Of a stretch of 64,000 bases of DNA, positions 25,701-49,077 are shown in pieces. Made by a program: the position numbers and the translations under genes. Positions within the stretch are counted from its first letter, which is position 1, and every line of letters begins with the position of its first letter. The stretch comes from Zygnema circumcarinatum SAG 698-1b (lineage: Eukaryota; Plantae; Zygnematophyceae), in assembly GCA_037447605.1 (NCBI GenBank), contig CM074823.1:1488001-1552000 (forward strand). The letters are read 5' to 3'. The notes under the pieces were generated by a model. It was not told the DNA's origin. It saw only the letters and a program-made list of their open reading frames with translations, and searched no databases.

Positions 25701-28700
25701 CCTATATGGTTGAACTTATATTCCTCTTGTGGGACGGTTCCATGTTATCAGAATCCGTTTCCGTATTTTGACCGATATCCGGAAGCCGATATTTTGACTT
25801 CAAGCGATGAACTAGGCGGATCGGAATCCGGAGATGGACTTGAGCCGATTGAGAAAGGTCTGTTAAAATGGGTTAAAAAATATGACAGAAAGTGAGCGAG
25901 AGAGTGAGAGAGAGAGAGGGATGGGCGACGAGATGTTAGAAATTAGTAACATGGCAACAAAAAGGAGCCTCTGTCCCTCTTCCATCCATTCTCGCGCCCC
26001 CTCCTAACACCCCCCTCCCCCTTCCCCCTCCTCCTTTCCCTCCCCCTCCCCCTTCTCATTCCCCTCCCCCTTCCCCTTCTCCTCGCCCACCCCCTCCCCC
26101 TTCTCCTCCCCCTCCCCCTCCCCCTTCTCCTTCCCCTCCCCCTTCCCCTTCTCCTCCCCCTTCCCTCTCCTCCCCCTCCCNNNNNNNNNNCCCCTCTCTC
26201 CTCTCTCTGCTCTCCTCTCCTCTCCTCTCCTCTCCTCTCCTCTCCTCTCCTCTCTCTCTCCTCTCTCTCTCTCCCTCTCTTTCAGCCGGCGGAGCCTACA
26301 ACATCGGCATCCTCCACTTCCGCCCTACCGACCCCTCCATCCGAATGGCCCGAGAGTGGGCCGAACTCATCGCGAAGGACACCTCCATGTGGGACCAAGT
26401 CGGCTTTAACGAAATTTTGCGGAAAACTCCTCCAACTACAATTGCAGATTTGAACAACCTTTTTTTCGCATACGACGGATCGCTCAAGCTCGGAGTGCTT
26501 CCAGTCAGCATGTTCTGCAGCGGACACACGTACTTCGTTCAGGTTCGGAACTCTTCTCTCACTGTCTGTCACTGTCCCCCCCTCACAATGCCAACCACTT
26601 ATGTCCTTGCCTGTTCTTCCTCCCTCCCCTCCCTCCCTCCTGCCCACCTTCCTCCTCCCTCCTCCCCTCCCCTCCCTCCTCCCCTCCTCCCTCTCCCTCC
26701 CCTCCTCCCCTCCCCTCCCCTCCCCTCCCCTCCCTCCTCCCCTCCTCCTCCTCCCCTCCTCCCTCCCTCCTCCCTCCCCTCCCTCCCCTCCCTCCTCCTC
26801 CTCCCTCCCTCCTCCTCCCTCCCTCCTCCTCCCCTCCCCTCCCTCCCTCCCCTCCCTCCTCCCTCCCTCCCCTCCCCTCCCCTCCCTCCTCCCCTCCCCT
26901 CCCCTTCCCCTCCCTCCCTCCTCCTCCTTCCCCACTTCCCTCCCCTCCCTTCCCCCCTTCCCTCCCTCCTCCCTCCTTCCCCACTTCCCTCCTCCCCTTC
27001 CCCCTTCCTCCCTCCTCCTCCTTCTCCCCTCCTCCCTCCCCTCCCCTCACCTCCCCTTCCCCCCTTCCCTCCCCTCCCTCCCCTCCCTCCCGTCCCTCCC
27101 CTCCCTACCCTCCCTACCCTCCCTCCTCCTCCCCTCCCCTCCCCTCCCTCTCCTCCCTCTCCTCCCTCCCCACCCCCCCTCCCTCCCCTCCCCCCTCCCA
27201 CCCCTCCCCTCCCTCCCTCCCCTCCCCCCTCCTCCCCTCCCCTCCCTCCCCTCCCTCCCTCTCCCTCATCCCTCCCTCCCTCCCTCCCTCCCCCCCTCCA
27301 ACCTGGCTTGCAGAGGAAGCACGAGAAGCTGAAGGTCCCTCTCTATGCCATCCACACAACCTTTCAGTTCGCCGGAACGGAAGGCAAACGGCACCGTCTC
27401 CGTGAAGCGCAAATGTTCTATGATGGGCCCGAGTACTACAACCCTCAAGGTTTCCTCTCTGTGGGAGGGGAGGGGAGAGGAGAGGAAAACGAGAAGAAGG
27501 GGGAGGTAGATGGGAGGGGAGCAGGGGAGAGAGAGAGGCCCAGACGAGGGGGAGGAATGGGATGGAGATGGGGGAGTAAGAGGGAAAGGGAGAGAGGAAA
27601 GGGTGGACAGAGGGGAGATGGAGGGGGAGGGGAGGTTTTGAGGTGAGGAGGAAGGGAAGGAGTGGGAGGAAAGGGGAGGAGGGAAGGGGAGGCACAGTTA
27701 GGAGATACAGGGGAAACGGAAGGGAGGGGTAAAGAAGGGAGATGGGGGAGTGTGGGGAAGGGGAGGGGAGGAGGTTGAACGGAAGGGGAGAGATGGGAGG
27801 GGGGAGGGCGAGGGTGAGGGAGAGGGAGAGGAAGAGGGAGTGGGAGAGGGAAAGGGAGGAGGGAAGGGGCGCAGTTAGGAGATGAAGGGGGAAACGGAAA
27901 GGGGAGGAATGTATGCTTTTAAAAAGGAATTGAAGAGAATTAAGCACCGGACTCTTGGCATGTTTTGACAAAAGGATCTGTGAATTTCAGGCGGGCTATT
28001 ATCGTTTGATCTCGAAATTCCGATGGAAATTCTTTATGTGGACAAGTACAACCTTCAGTCGCACTTCAAGCTTGTAAATTATCAGGTGAAAATTATGTTA
28101 CTATTTCAAACAGTTTATTTGTTTTTTTTTTTGTTCTCTTCTTAAGGTTAGTGCCTGTACCTCTCCTCCTTTTCAGACATGAATTTGAAGCACTTCTTTT
28201 TTATTTTCTCCACTCTCTCTCGTTCCTCTACCTCCCTTTCCCTCTCTCCTTCCTGTCTCTGAAGGCTGACTTCGAGACGTGTGCTCTCTGCAGCTCGCAA
28301 TGATCCGAACTGCATTCGCTTATGCAACTTTACTTAACCGGGCACTGGTGAACTCTCTCTTTCTCCCTCTCTCTCCCTCACTCTCTCCCTCTCGTTCTCA
28401 CACTATCTCCCTCTCCCTCTCTCTCGTCCTCCACACCCTCCTCTCACCGTCACTCCCTCTCCCACTCCATCTCTCACATGTCCTACTCTGTCTCCCCCCC
28501 CCCCCCCCCCCNNNNNNNNNNCCCCCCCCCCCCCCCCGCGTTCGCTTACGAACAAACATTTTAATAAAGACTATTACCCCCTCGAAAGTCCAAAAGCGTT
28601 TCATCAATTTTACTATCTATAACTTGTTTTCCTCCATAGCTCCTTTTCTCTTCACATCCATTCAATCACTTAATCATCCAAGTCTTGAAATCGTTATGTT

Positions 28701-28899
28701 CTCAAATTTTTCCCAATGCGGTCCCATTATTATTGTAATTATTTTCTTTTTTTGCCCCCAAGCAGGTCCTCCCTCCCCTTTGGTGCCATTTGGACCGACT
28801 TTGGTTTGAGCATCCGGGGATCATGCCCGGCACGATGACATCACAGCCGTTCATCTGCCCACTTGATCACGTCTTCGAGGTTCTCTCTCTCTCTCTCTC

Positions 28900-28953
<54 letters not shown>

Positions 28954-29028
28954 GCTCGCTCTCTCTCTCCCTCCCACTCTCGCGCTCTCTCTCTTTCTCC
29001 CCCTCTCTCTCTCTCTCGCTCGCTCTCT

Positions 29029-29076
<48 letters not shown>

Positions 29077-29556
29077 CGCTCGCTCTCTCTCTCTCCCTCC
29101 CTCTCTCTCTCTCTTTTCTCCCTCTCCCTCTCTCTCTCTCTTTTCTCCCTCTCACTCTCGCTCGCTCTCTCTCTCCCTCTCTCTCTCTCTTTTCTCTCTC
29201 TCTCTCTCTCCCTCGCTCATTTTTACCGTCCACCACCTTCTTTTCCCGTCCCAATGCAGCTCCTTCGCTTTCTCACTCTCCCCCCAACTTTTTTCTCTTT
29301 TCCTTTCCTTTTTTGCTCATTTGCAGGTTCAGAACATGATGGCTGAATGGGATGATACTCATTACGGTTCCAACATTGATTTTCGCGAATATTCATTTTT
29401 AAATAATAAGCGGACGCCTGAAAATGTAGGTGTCATAATCGCTTTCAACTCAGCCCTACCTCTCGTTCTCCCTCTTCCTCTCTCTCCCCATCTCTCGCTC
29501 CCTTTGCCTCTTCGTGCCATTCCCGCTCTTCCCTCGGCCCTCCACCTCTTCCATTC

Positions 29557-29590
<34 letters not shown>

Positions 29591-31149
29591 CCACATCTGT
29601 CCAACTCCCCATCTTTTCCCCTACCTCTCCAAATTCCCCAACTTTCTCCACATCCACTTTCCTTTCCCCTCCCCTTCCCATTCGCCTGCTTTCTCCTTCT
29701 TCTCCCACACACCTGTCCCTCTCACTGAACACTCCCACAACTATTTACTCCATCTCTCCCTGAACTCTCCCACAATTGCTATTTCAGCCTCTCTCGCCTT
29801 ACCCAACACAATCGCTCAGTCCCTCTGTCAAACTCACTCCCTCTGTCCCTCTGCCTCTCCCACAACTTCTTTTTCCGACTCTCTTCTCTCCTCTCCTGCA
29901 ATCTTGATCTCCCTCTATCACCCACGCCTCTCTCACAACCCCATCTCGCCCTTCTCCCTCACTCCCCTCTCTCTTTCTTCGAGGTGTACGGACAGGCCAA
30001 AACCCCCGCTATCAAAGTGGATCTTTGCGACTCGAATTCCACCGACTGCCCCTCCGTTTTGAGAGAAGGAGCTGTCAAACTACCAAAGTTCCCAACTCAA
30101 TCGATGGTACTCTCTCTCTCTCTCTCTCTCTCTTTCCCTCTCCCACTCTCTCTCGTCTCCTCACCCTTTCCCCCTCTCTCACCCGTCTTCTTACAATCTC
30201 TTGCTCCCCCCTTTTCTCTTGTCCCACTCCCCCTCACTCCCTTGTTCTTTCACACAGTCTCTCTTGCTTACCTCTCTCTCTCCCCTCTGTCCCTCTCTCC
30301 CTCTCACAATCTCGCTTCCCCCTCCCCCTTCCCACTCCCGCCTTCTCTTTTTCACACCCTTCCCTCGCCCACCCCTCCTCTCTCTCCTTCCCTCCCTCGC
30401 TCTCCTTCTCTCAGAGACTTCTCGCGCTCCCTCCCCTCTCTCAGTCCCCTCCACCCTTCCGCACTCCCTCCCGTTCTCACACAAACTTTCTTACCTCTCT
30501 CTCACTAACGCACACTCTCTCATATGAGTTCATGAGAGGAGTAAGTCTAACTCAATCTACCACAAACTTACTTTGTAACGTTTTAATTCGGATGTTTTTC
30601 CGGAGAAAGGGGTGAGGGGGGTAAAAGTATTCTTCGAGATACATATTTTTTTTGTCAAACCTTTGTCCACTTATAGTTATACATTTTTATTTATGCTTTT
30701 TTCAGGTCCTTAAGGTTCTTGGAGGCACCTTTGACGTAAAACTCCTCCATTTCCCTTCAATGGCAGAGGCGAGGGTGAATTGGGACGATAAGGTATGCAA
30801 GCAACCAATCCACTCTCCCACCTTTGATTGTTGCTGTCTCTGCTCTCCTCGCTCCTCTCTCGCACTCCCCGTCTCTCCCTCTTTCCCTTCTCTGTGTCTC
30901 TCCCCTCTATCTTCTCCCCCTCTCCCCNNNNNNNNNNTCCCCCCTCCCCCCTCTCAGGACGCGGAGAAGCGGTTCCGGTTCCGCATCTCCCACTACCTGG
31001 GCATCTGGTGCTGCCAGGCGGGCCAGCCCGGGCACGTGTGGTACGACTTCTTCTGGGACGAAAAGCCCTTTTGGGAGCCCAAGTCGCCGCGCTCCTGGGC
31101 GGAGGACTTCCCGCCCTTCGCGGAACGCCCGCGCTTTGACAAACCCTAA
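22777..31149 (+). CDS. XEG113: Extensin arabinosyltransferase XEG113-like (GT77), 13 exons
   Basis: join(22777..22924,24129..24872,25195..25400,25752..25857,26286..26542,27314..27449,27991..28085,28294..28347,28766..28879,29327..29425,29996..30106,30706..30792,30958..31149), all GT-AG with matching phases. Motifs: [37 protein letters not shown] (DxD), [94 protein letters not shown]. Confidence 0.93.
22960..23345 (+). repeat. Degenerate telomere-like (T)TTTAGGG array in XEG113 intron 1
   Basis: TAGGGTTTTAGGGTTTTAGGGTTTCAGGTTTTTAGGGTTTAGGGTTATAGGG... with a second patch at ~23155-23345. Confidence 0.8.
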
Positions 31150-31200
31150 ACCCTAAACCCTGAACTACCCAAACCCGACATTTTCTTTGAACCCTAAATT
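31141..31200 (-). repeat. Short telomere-like CCCTAAA repeats overlapping the XEG113 stop codon
   Basis: AAACCCTAAACCCTAAACCCTGAA. The TAA stop (31147-31149) is part of the first unit. Confidence 0.75.
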
Positions 31201-31330
31201 TTTCAAAACCTAGATTGTTCGAACCCCTAAAAGTGTACTTAAAAGCGTGGTGCAGAAACCTAGTTTTTAGTTGTGGTTTGCCATTTGATGGCAGACATGT
31301 TTTGTTAGATAAAAGTTGGAGCGTTGACAA

Positions 31331-31966
31331 TAGGGCTTGTCAGACTTAAAAATCGTTTATAATACTGATCGCAAACTTTTCGCAACTTTTTGAGTCAACG
31401 TCCGTAAAAAAAAAAGAGCTCCTGAAGCGAACCTTGTTCGTGACGTGACGTGACGTCACAGTCTTGTGCGGCCATGACGTGGTGGGTGTTATGGCCGTCA
31501 TGACGTCACGATGACGTTTGCCCGCACAGAAGCCTTTAGGCACATGTTTTGGCTGAGGACGAATTCGTACGAATGATCTGTACGGTCCGTACGTTTTGGG
31601 CGCGCCGTCCGTCGTGTGGACTGGCACTTTCCGCACGGTTGACTTGCAACAGGTTCGGTTCACGTTCGGCAAAGCAATCATTATCAGTCAATAGGGCGGG
31701 TCAGACATTGACCATGGCCAAATCAATTAAGCCTATCGGGCGAATTTTAAAGCATTGGCTAGGTACGCATTTCGGTACGGCTTGGTTCGGCGGAGCCGCG
31801 GATCCCGCCCCGAAATTGGTACACGAAACTTTGACTTTTAGTATACTAAATTCGGGAATTTAGTACGGCCATGGTCAGTCTCTGACCGCCCCTATTAGTC
31901 ACTTTTCGTTTCCTAATACTGAGCGCCAACTTTTCGTATGATTTTGCATAAGTCTGACAACCCCTA
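31331..31966. mobile_element. TIR element (TAGGG(C/G)TTGTCAGACTTA termini) containing a nested MITE
   Basis: Left end TAGGGCTTGTCAGACTTA; right end TAAGTCTGACAACCCCTA. No clear TSD. Confidence 0.6.
31694..31892 (+). mobile_element. G-family MITE (~200 bp), diverged copy
   Basis: TIRs GGGCGGGTCAGACATTGACCATGGCC / GGCCATGGTCAGTCTCTGACCGCCCC, TA-flanked. The internal sequence (CATTGGCTAGGTACGC..GAGCCGCGGATCCCG..TACACGAAA) matches 54594-54743 and the reverse complement of 53604-53786. Confidence 0.82.
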
Positions 31967-32817
31967 ATGTGGAAAGTTTAGGATGCGAAAAATTAGGTCT
32001 AGCAGGGCTGTCACGTACGTGTGACGTGACGCCTAGGGGCCAGGATCTTAGATGAGGGCTCATGAATTTTTTTTTTTTTTTTTTTTTTTGAAGTTCTTGT
32101 CAGTTTGCGGTGGGGTATAAGCCCATTTTGTATGTGACTTTTTTTATTAAATGAGAAAAGGGCGCGTTGAGGGGCATGAAGTGGGTTCTTTTCAACAAAA
32201 TTCTCTTTTTTCTTATATTCTAGTTTCTCTCTTTCACACCCTAAACTCCAAAACCCTAAACCCCAAACAACTCTAAAACCCTGAAGACCCTAAAACCCTA
32301 AATACTCTTAAAACCTGTCAGATTTCGGTCGGTTACAACGTGCCTTTGCAAACCAGATGACGTCACCTGCACATTAGTCACATGTGCGATGTCTGGTTTC
32401 TGACGTCGTAGCGATTCCTGGTTTCAGGTTTGTGGCCGAAAACCACCTCAAGTTTTGTTGAAGAGTGGTTTGCTGAAAGTTTTTGATGGCAAAAACTTGC
32501 GGACTGTTCACCGACATCAAAATGTCGGTGGCGATTGGGCTGACGCGGGACCAGCTGACGTTTTGCGGCACGTGGCGGCAGAGGAGTGGTCCGCGTGTGG
32601 TCCAACTCGGGGCTTTTCCGCGCTGGAAGGAGCGCTCGCCACGTCAGATATACTCATTTGGGCTCGCCACGTGGTAAAGGATGTCCGTGGAAGTTTCATG
32701 ATCTGCCCGACGCGTGCTAAATATTTATGTTTTTTATTTAGGTAATTTTTTGCACTGAACGAGCTGAGGTAAAAAACAGTTTAAACCAAAGTGCAATATT
32801 TTCCATGATTTGTTCAC

Positions 32818-33414
32818 CCGTAAACCGAACAGGTTGAGAAATTCAGAAACGAGTTTTCTAAATTTCTCAATTCTCAATTTCATTTCTTGAATAGGGTTGA
32901 ACTTCAAACTTGAAACTTCTTCGATTTAAGAATGCGAAAAGTTTCAAGAAAAAAGTCCAAAGAATCAATTGGTTCGGTCCCACGGGTGGATTCCACTTTT
33001 TATCCACGTTGGTTCCGTGCGAGTCGAGGGATCCGGTTAACCCGAGCGCCAGTTTTGCCTTTCGATTTTTCAATTTTTTACCTTGTACGGAAGCTGGCTC
33101 TTTCCGCCAGCCGATCAACAATTTCTGTACGAACAACCGGGTCCACGCCCGTTGCGATCCGCTAAAATCTAATTGTTGATCAGTGGACCTAAGGAAAACT
33201 CAAATTGAACACGAACGATAACTGATTGTTCAATGTTCAATTGGTTCTCCATAAAAAATTGTATTGAGAAAAAATTTAGGAATTCATTTCTCATTTCTCA
33301 ACGTGAATCGTGGTCACAAATATAGGGGTTTTTTTCGAGTAACTGGTTTAAATGTTTTTTTGAGATGCCAAAAATCTTAATTTCTTTTTAATTTCAACCT
33401 GTTCGGTTTTACGG
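32818..33414. mobile_element. Putative MITE with ~20-bp TIRs CCGTAAA(A)CCGAACAGGTTGA
   Basis: CCGTAAACCGAACAGGTTGA at 32818 and TCAACCTGTTCGGTTTTACGG ending at 33414, followed by TA. The interior is AT-rich. Confidence 0.6.
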
Positions 33415-33794
33415 TATTGCTGTGCAGGCACATAGGACGGGCAGCTATAAAAACAAATTTATTGAAAATGAAAGATTCATTCTACAGATGCCTCTCTTTT
33501 GTGCCTGCCCGCCTTTCGTACAAAAGAAAGTACCGTACGAACTGTACGAACGATGACGGCACCAACTTGTAGGGTTCTTGAAGCGGCGTTTGTTACCGAC
33601 TGGAAGGCGAGAGTGGAAAGGAGAGGGTGGGGGAGAGAGGGAGAGGGAGACGCAGAGCGAGAGGGGGAGGGAGACTCAGAGAGAGAGGGGGAGAGGGGGA
33701 GGCGGAGAGGGAGAGGGAGAGAGGGAAGGGAGGGAAGGAGAGAGAACGTGGGTGAAAAGCAGACAGCGAGGTGAGACATAAAGGCAGAGGCACA

Positions 33795-33986
<192 letters not shown>

Positions 33987-33991
33987 CAACC

Positions 33992-40289
<6,298 letters not shown>

Positions 40290-40835
40290 TAGGAATTGGA
40301 AGTATAGAGCATGAAAACTTGGAAGCAACAACAGCCATGCCACACACAGTTCACAAGGCCTAGAGCCCCCACTTGATCGAGAAATTGGGTCCAGCAATTG
40401 ATGGCGCGCAATTTGCATGTCTACGATTGGTGGCGGAGGGCCTTCATTGTACTTTAGAGGGGAGGGGGGGGGGGGGGTGCTATTGGGGTTCAGGACGTTA
40501 GGGGGTTTGGGAAATTCAATGTTTGTGGAAGGAAAATGTGGAGTTGTAATGTAAATTTGATTCGTACTTTTGAAAAGAGGTTTCCATCCCATCCTCTGCA
40601 GTCCTCGCATGGCATGAGTCACGAATCACGATGGAGCAGCATCATGCCATGGGATGGTGCATGCTTATGTGAGATATATCGGGATATGCCTACGATGCAT
40701 GGGATAATATCGGTTTCGTCTACGATATATCGGGGTAATGCTTCCGATATGTGAGATATATCGGGTTTCCGCATGTTCGATCACCGATACGCAATAATAT
40801 CGGAAATGGGTCCTGGTGACCCAGGTTCCAATTCC

Positions 40836-40974
40836 CACGTGTGAAATAGGGTGACGTGGCAGGCTGAGATTGGTGGTGCTTACCCCGAGAACGGTCGCCT
40901 GCCCGAGCCTCGAGTCATGACCCTGACGTGGAGGGTACTCGTGATGACTTCACCATAAAACCTGCAAACCCTAA
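40836..40974 (+). promoter_or_regulatory. G-box/ABRE-like motifs and a telo-box upstream of the SR gene
   Basis: CACGTG at 40836, TGACGTGGC at 40852 and AAACCCTAA at 40966, about 400-500 bp upstream of the ATG at 41356. Function is inferred from motif identity only. Confidence 0.4.
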
Positions 40975-41355
40975 TAGTTCCAGTGCTTCCGCCGTCAAAC
41001 GGACTCGCCGACTCCAGCTGTCGCCCGCCGCCCCTCTGCCAGAGAGAGGGGAGAGAGAGAGAGAGAGAGTGTGAGAGGGAGAGGGGGAGGGAGCGAGTGA
41101 GGGAGAGAGGGGGAGGGAGCGAGTGAGGTAGAGAGGGGGAGGGAGCGAGTGAGGTAGAGAGGGGGAGGGAGCGAGTGAGGGAAAGAAAGGGATAGACAGA
41201 GAGAGAGAGGGAGGAGAGAGAGAGAGGGACTCTCTTCCACCCGCAAGCGCTCTCATCGCCAGCGCGCAAATCGCATCAGGAAGTCACAACATCCTCTTCA
41301 GCAGCAGTCTGAACAGCAGCGACATCACCTGGAACATCAGTAACATCACCTCGTT

Positions 41356-45537
<4,182 letters not shown>

Positions 45538-48500
45538 GCAGCTCTCGCTCTCTCTCCCTCTCTCTCTCCCTCCCATACTGTGATGCACAGCTGAGGAAGT
45601 TGCAGGGAGCACTCAGCAGGGGAGGCTGAGCTGCATGCATGCTGAGATGCGGAGAAATATCTCTCCTTTTCGTTGCGTTAATTACTTGCAACAAGGCTGA
45701 AATCATACCAGAATACAGTCCACTGTTTTTGGGGTGTAGGCAGGGACATATATCTTTTTTTCCAGTTTTTAGGGTTTTTTCATATCGGAAAAGTTCTGCA
45801 TTCTGCTCTCAATCATGGGGGTGAATGCTAGGGTTCAGCAGTGCAGATTACGGACCTCTAATCTGCTGCTTCTTCTTCATCACTGCTTGACGCTTTGTGA
45901 GTCCCCATCAACAAGAAGAGAAGGAGACAAGGAAGAGAGAGAGAGGTGGAGAATTGTTGTCTGCTACTTTTTCTTCAACCGGACCATTCTTGGACCCTCT
46001 CCCTCGCTCTCCCTTCCACTTCGGTTAAGAGGGTGTGGAGGTCTTCACCTGAGTATGGGCTGCTGCTGAATCTGCCTCCCACACGGATAAGTCTGCCAGA
46101 CCTTATCCTTAGCTTGTTATTGGAGACCCAACTCAGTTCACTTTTAACTGTCTTGTTTTCGTGAGATGACATCACATCACTATGCCTGATTTTCGAATTC
46201 GTGCGTGCTATTTATTTATTTATTTTTCTTGAGTCTCTTCATACACATTGAGGCAGTACTCTCATTTAGGAACCATGCAATCATCTGCAAGCAAGCTTTA
46301 TCTTCTTTCCTCTGTTATAAAGGAGGAGAGGATCAAAGCATGCTGAGGACTCCCGTTCCTGTCTCTTTATTTCACTCTCTCTCCCTGTCCCTCTTTCGTT
46401 CTCTCAGTTCCTTTACATGTGCAAGCCTTCACTGTGCTTGCTGTGTTATCACTGTTTTGCTATCGGTAAAGTGTGGACTGAGACTGCTGATCTGGCTCAG
46501 CCGTTCCTCTCTCCATCCCCCTTCCTCCCCCTCCATCCTCCCCTCCTTCCTCTCTCTCGCCCCACCATCCTCCCTCCCTCTCCCCTCTTTCTTCTACCTC
46601 TCCTCCTCCCTCGTCCCCCTCCCTCTCTCCCTCCTTTCCTCTCTCTCCTCCCAGCATGTAGGAAGACTTACGCTGGGGCCTCGCCCTCTGTGTGTGTGAT
46701 CCATGGCTGTGGGGTCGGACGGCTCGGCACGGCACTGCACTGCTCTGCTCTGCTCTGCTCTTCTCTGCCGTCCCGAAATGTACTTCCCCTCCAAACCATA
46801 ATTTTTCCTCTTTAAAGGACATGCCCAACAACAACTATAGAACTCTAACCCCTAATGCTAACCCTATTTGGTCCGTAGGAGTCGTGGCTGTGGTTGTGGG
46901 GATCGTGGTGCCAGCAGAATATAGAGAGAGGAGGGTGGGGGGTAATGCGAACAGTGGGATGGAGGGCGGAGGGAATAAGGGCAGGAGAAGTGAATGGGGA
47001 TGGAAGAGGGGCAAAGAGGGGAGGGAGTGGGGAAGCGGGAGCAAAACAGTAGGCCGGGGTTGTCGGGAGAGAGGGAGCGGGAGCTAGTGAGGGGGTGAGG
47101 AAGGGAGCGAGGGAGGGAGAGAGGGAGGGAGGGAGGGAGGGCAGCTCAGCTCTGCTTCGTGACTGAGGAGCCTTCACCTTCTCAAGTCGTTGGGATTGTG
47201 AATGAAACTCACGGGCTCCAATGTTATTGAGGTATTGAGATTGGGAGGAATTCTTGGTTTTGGTTTGCGGTTTGCGGTTTGCGGTTTGTGGTTTGTAGTT
47301 TTGGGTGCTTGCGAGCTTTTAGGGCTCATGTATCATCAGTATCATCTCCCATTTAGTTCCGCGACATACGTAGTACTCTCCATTGTCTGTTAATGGGTTT
47401 TAAGGTGTCTATGATTTCTGTTAGTGTTAGGGTTATTTTGGTTTTGAGGGGTTTTTCTAGGATGTGGCCAGCACCCCAAAAAAAAATTCAAGGTTTACAA
47501 AAATAATTGGAAACTTGTCGATGAAGCTTTCGGAGAGTTTGTCAAAAACAAAATAGTACCCAAAAATTAGTCGAAAGAGGAAGAATCTTCCGAATTTGAT
47601 AATTTCAACCTCCACAGTATGCCAGCGTATCAACTGAAAAGTCTAATTGTCCATTGCCGTAAGTCACATTTCCGTCCTACGGGGCGGGGTTTCACGTACT
47701 TGTCTAGTTCCGTGAAGACACCCTTTTGCACTCATCTGAGATGCAATCGTACAACTTTTTTGCCGGCAAGGGCCTGAAATTGTGGGTCCAATTGTTGGAT
47801 CGGGGCCGATCTCCAATGCCTGGCGCTGGAAACGTTTTTCCAGTACGATTACAATTACGGGGAATAAGCTTTTTGTTCGTGGTTTCGTCACATGATCCCC
47901 TCCTGGCTGTCGACCGTGTGGCTTGGTCGATTTCTTTATTAACACGAATCTCGAGCATCCTCCCGTTATTAATTGGAGATTTTTAGGGTTTCACTCTTGA
48001 TATGTCCCTGAGATCGACGACCCATTTTTTGATGGCGGCGGAGTTACGGAATGTGGAGGATGTACTTCCAGTAGGAGAAGGAAGCTGCCGAGACACGACA
48101 ATACTGCCGCCCAGCGCCACTGGATGTACGGACAACCGTACAGGTCCCGACCGGCCTTTCGAACCCAATTCAACTCGACAGCACCGGTTGCCCAATTTTG
48201 TCGTTTGTTTGAAGAATCGAATATCTTCATATCGCCAGCATATCGGCTTTGACCGACAAAATTGGCCGGCACCGCGGCTTCCACCGGTAGCGCGATGACC
48301 GCACTTTCGCCGGCCTCTGGAACTGCTGCGGATGCCGTACACAAGCGAGTTTGCCGGCGCCGGCACGTTCCGTCGGTCTGGAACGATACATCGACGATAT
48401 CGCGATATTCTTTCTATTCCAAGCGACAATAATACCCGCCCGCATCGCACAAGCCGTACCCGTACGAATCGTCCCCCTCTCCGCACTTGTGTGTGACCCG

Positions 48501-49077
48501 TGGCGTGACGAACTGGCGACCTGGTCCGGCCAACCGAAACCGTTACCTCGCGTCCAAAATAGGTCTAATGACCTATGACCGACGACTAATGACCAACCAT
48601 CGGTGGCCCGCGGCCTGACTTATGACCAATGCGTGACCTGTAGTCACCTTCCTCGGCTCACTTCCGCGTCTTCTCCCGCTTTTTGGAGTCATTTTAGGGA
48701 TAACCTGTTCAGCAAAAAATGAAAACAAACAACTTGCAAACATGAATGACGCCAAAGTACAACATGCGATTTTATTTCCTTTTTCTTCATGTTGTCCACT
48801 TCCTCCCCACCCATCTCCTCTCTACCTCACTCTCCGCCTTCCTTGTAGACCCACCCACCCACCCACCCACCCACCCACCCACCCACCCACCCACCTCCCT
48901 CCCTCACTCCAGCCATCCCTCCCTCCCTGTCTCCCTGTCATGCTAAGCCATGCCATGCCTTCGAGCGTCAGGCCTACGTTATTTCACAGCTAGAACCTAC
49001 CCCCGGTCCCCATTCTGATCAACCTCGAGTTGATTTTGAAGTTGTTGCACATCCAACATGTGATCGCAATTCAGAGT

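Noticed and set aside
26282-27646. Pro-rich and Gly/Glu/Arg-rich ORFs that resemble extensins (also 23525-24143)
   Set aside because: They lie within GT-AG introns of XEG113 made of (CCCT)n-like sequence. The flanking exons join in frame without them.
47680-48730. Several overlapping 70-170 aa ORFs in GC-balanced sequence
   Set aside because: No recognisable motifs, splice structure or terminal repeats. I looked here for a kinase continuing the EXO-TM gene and found none.
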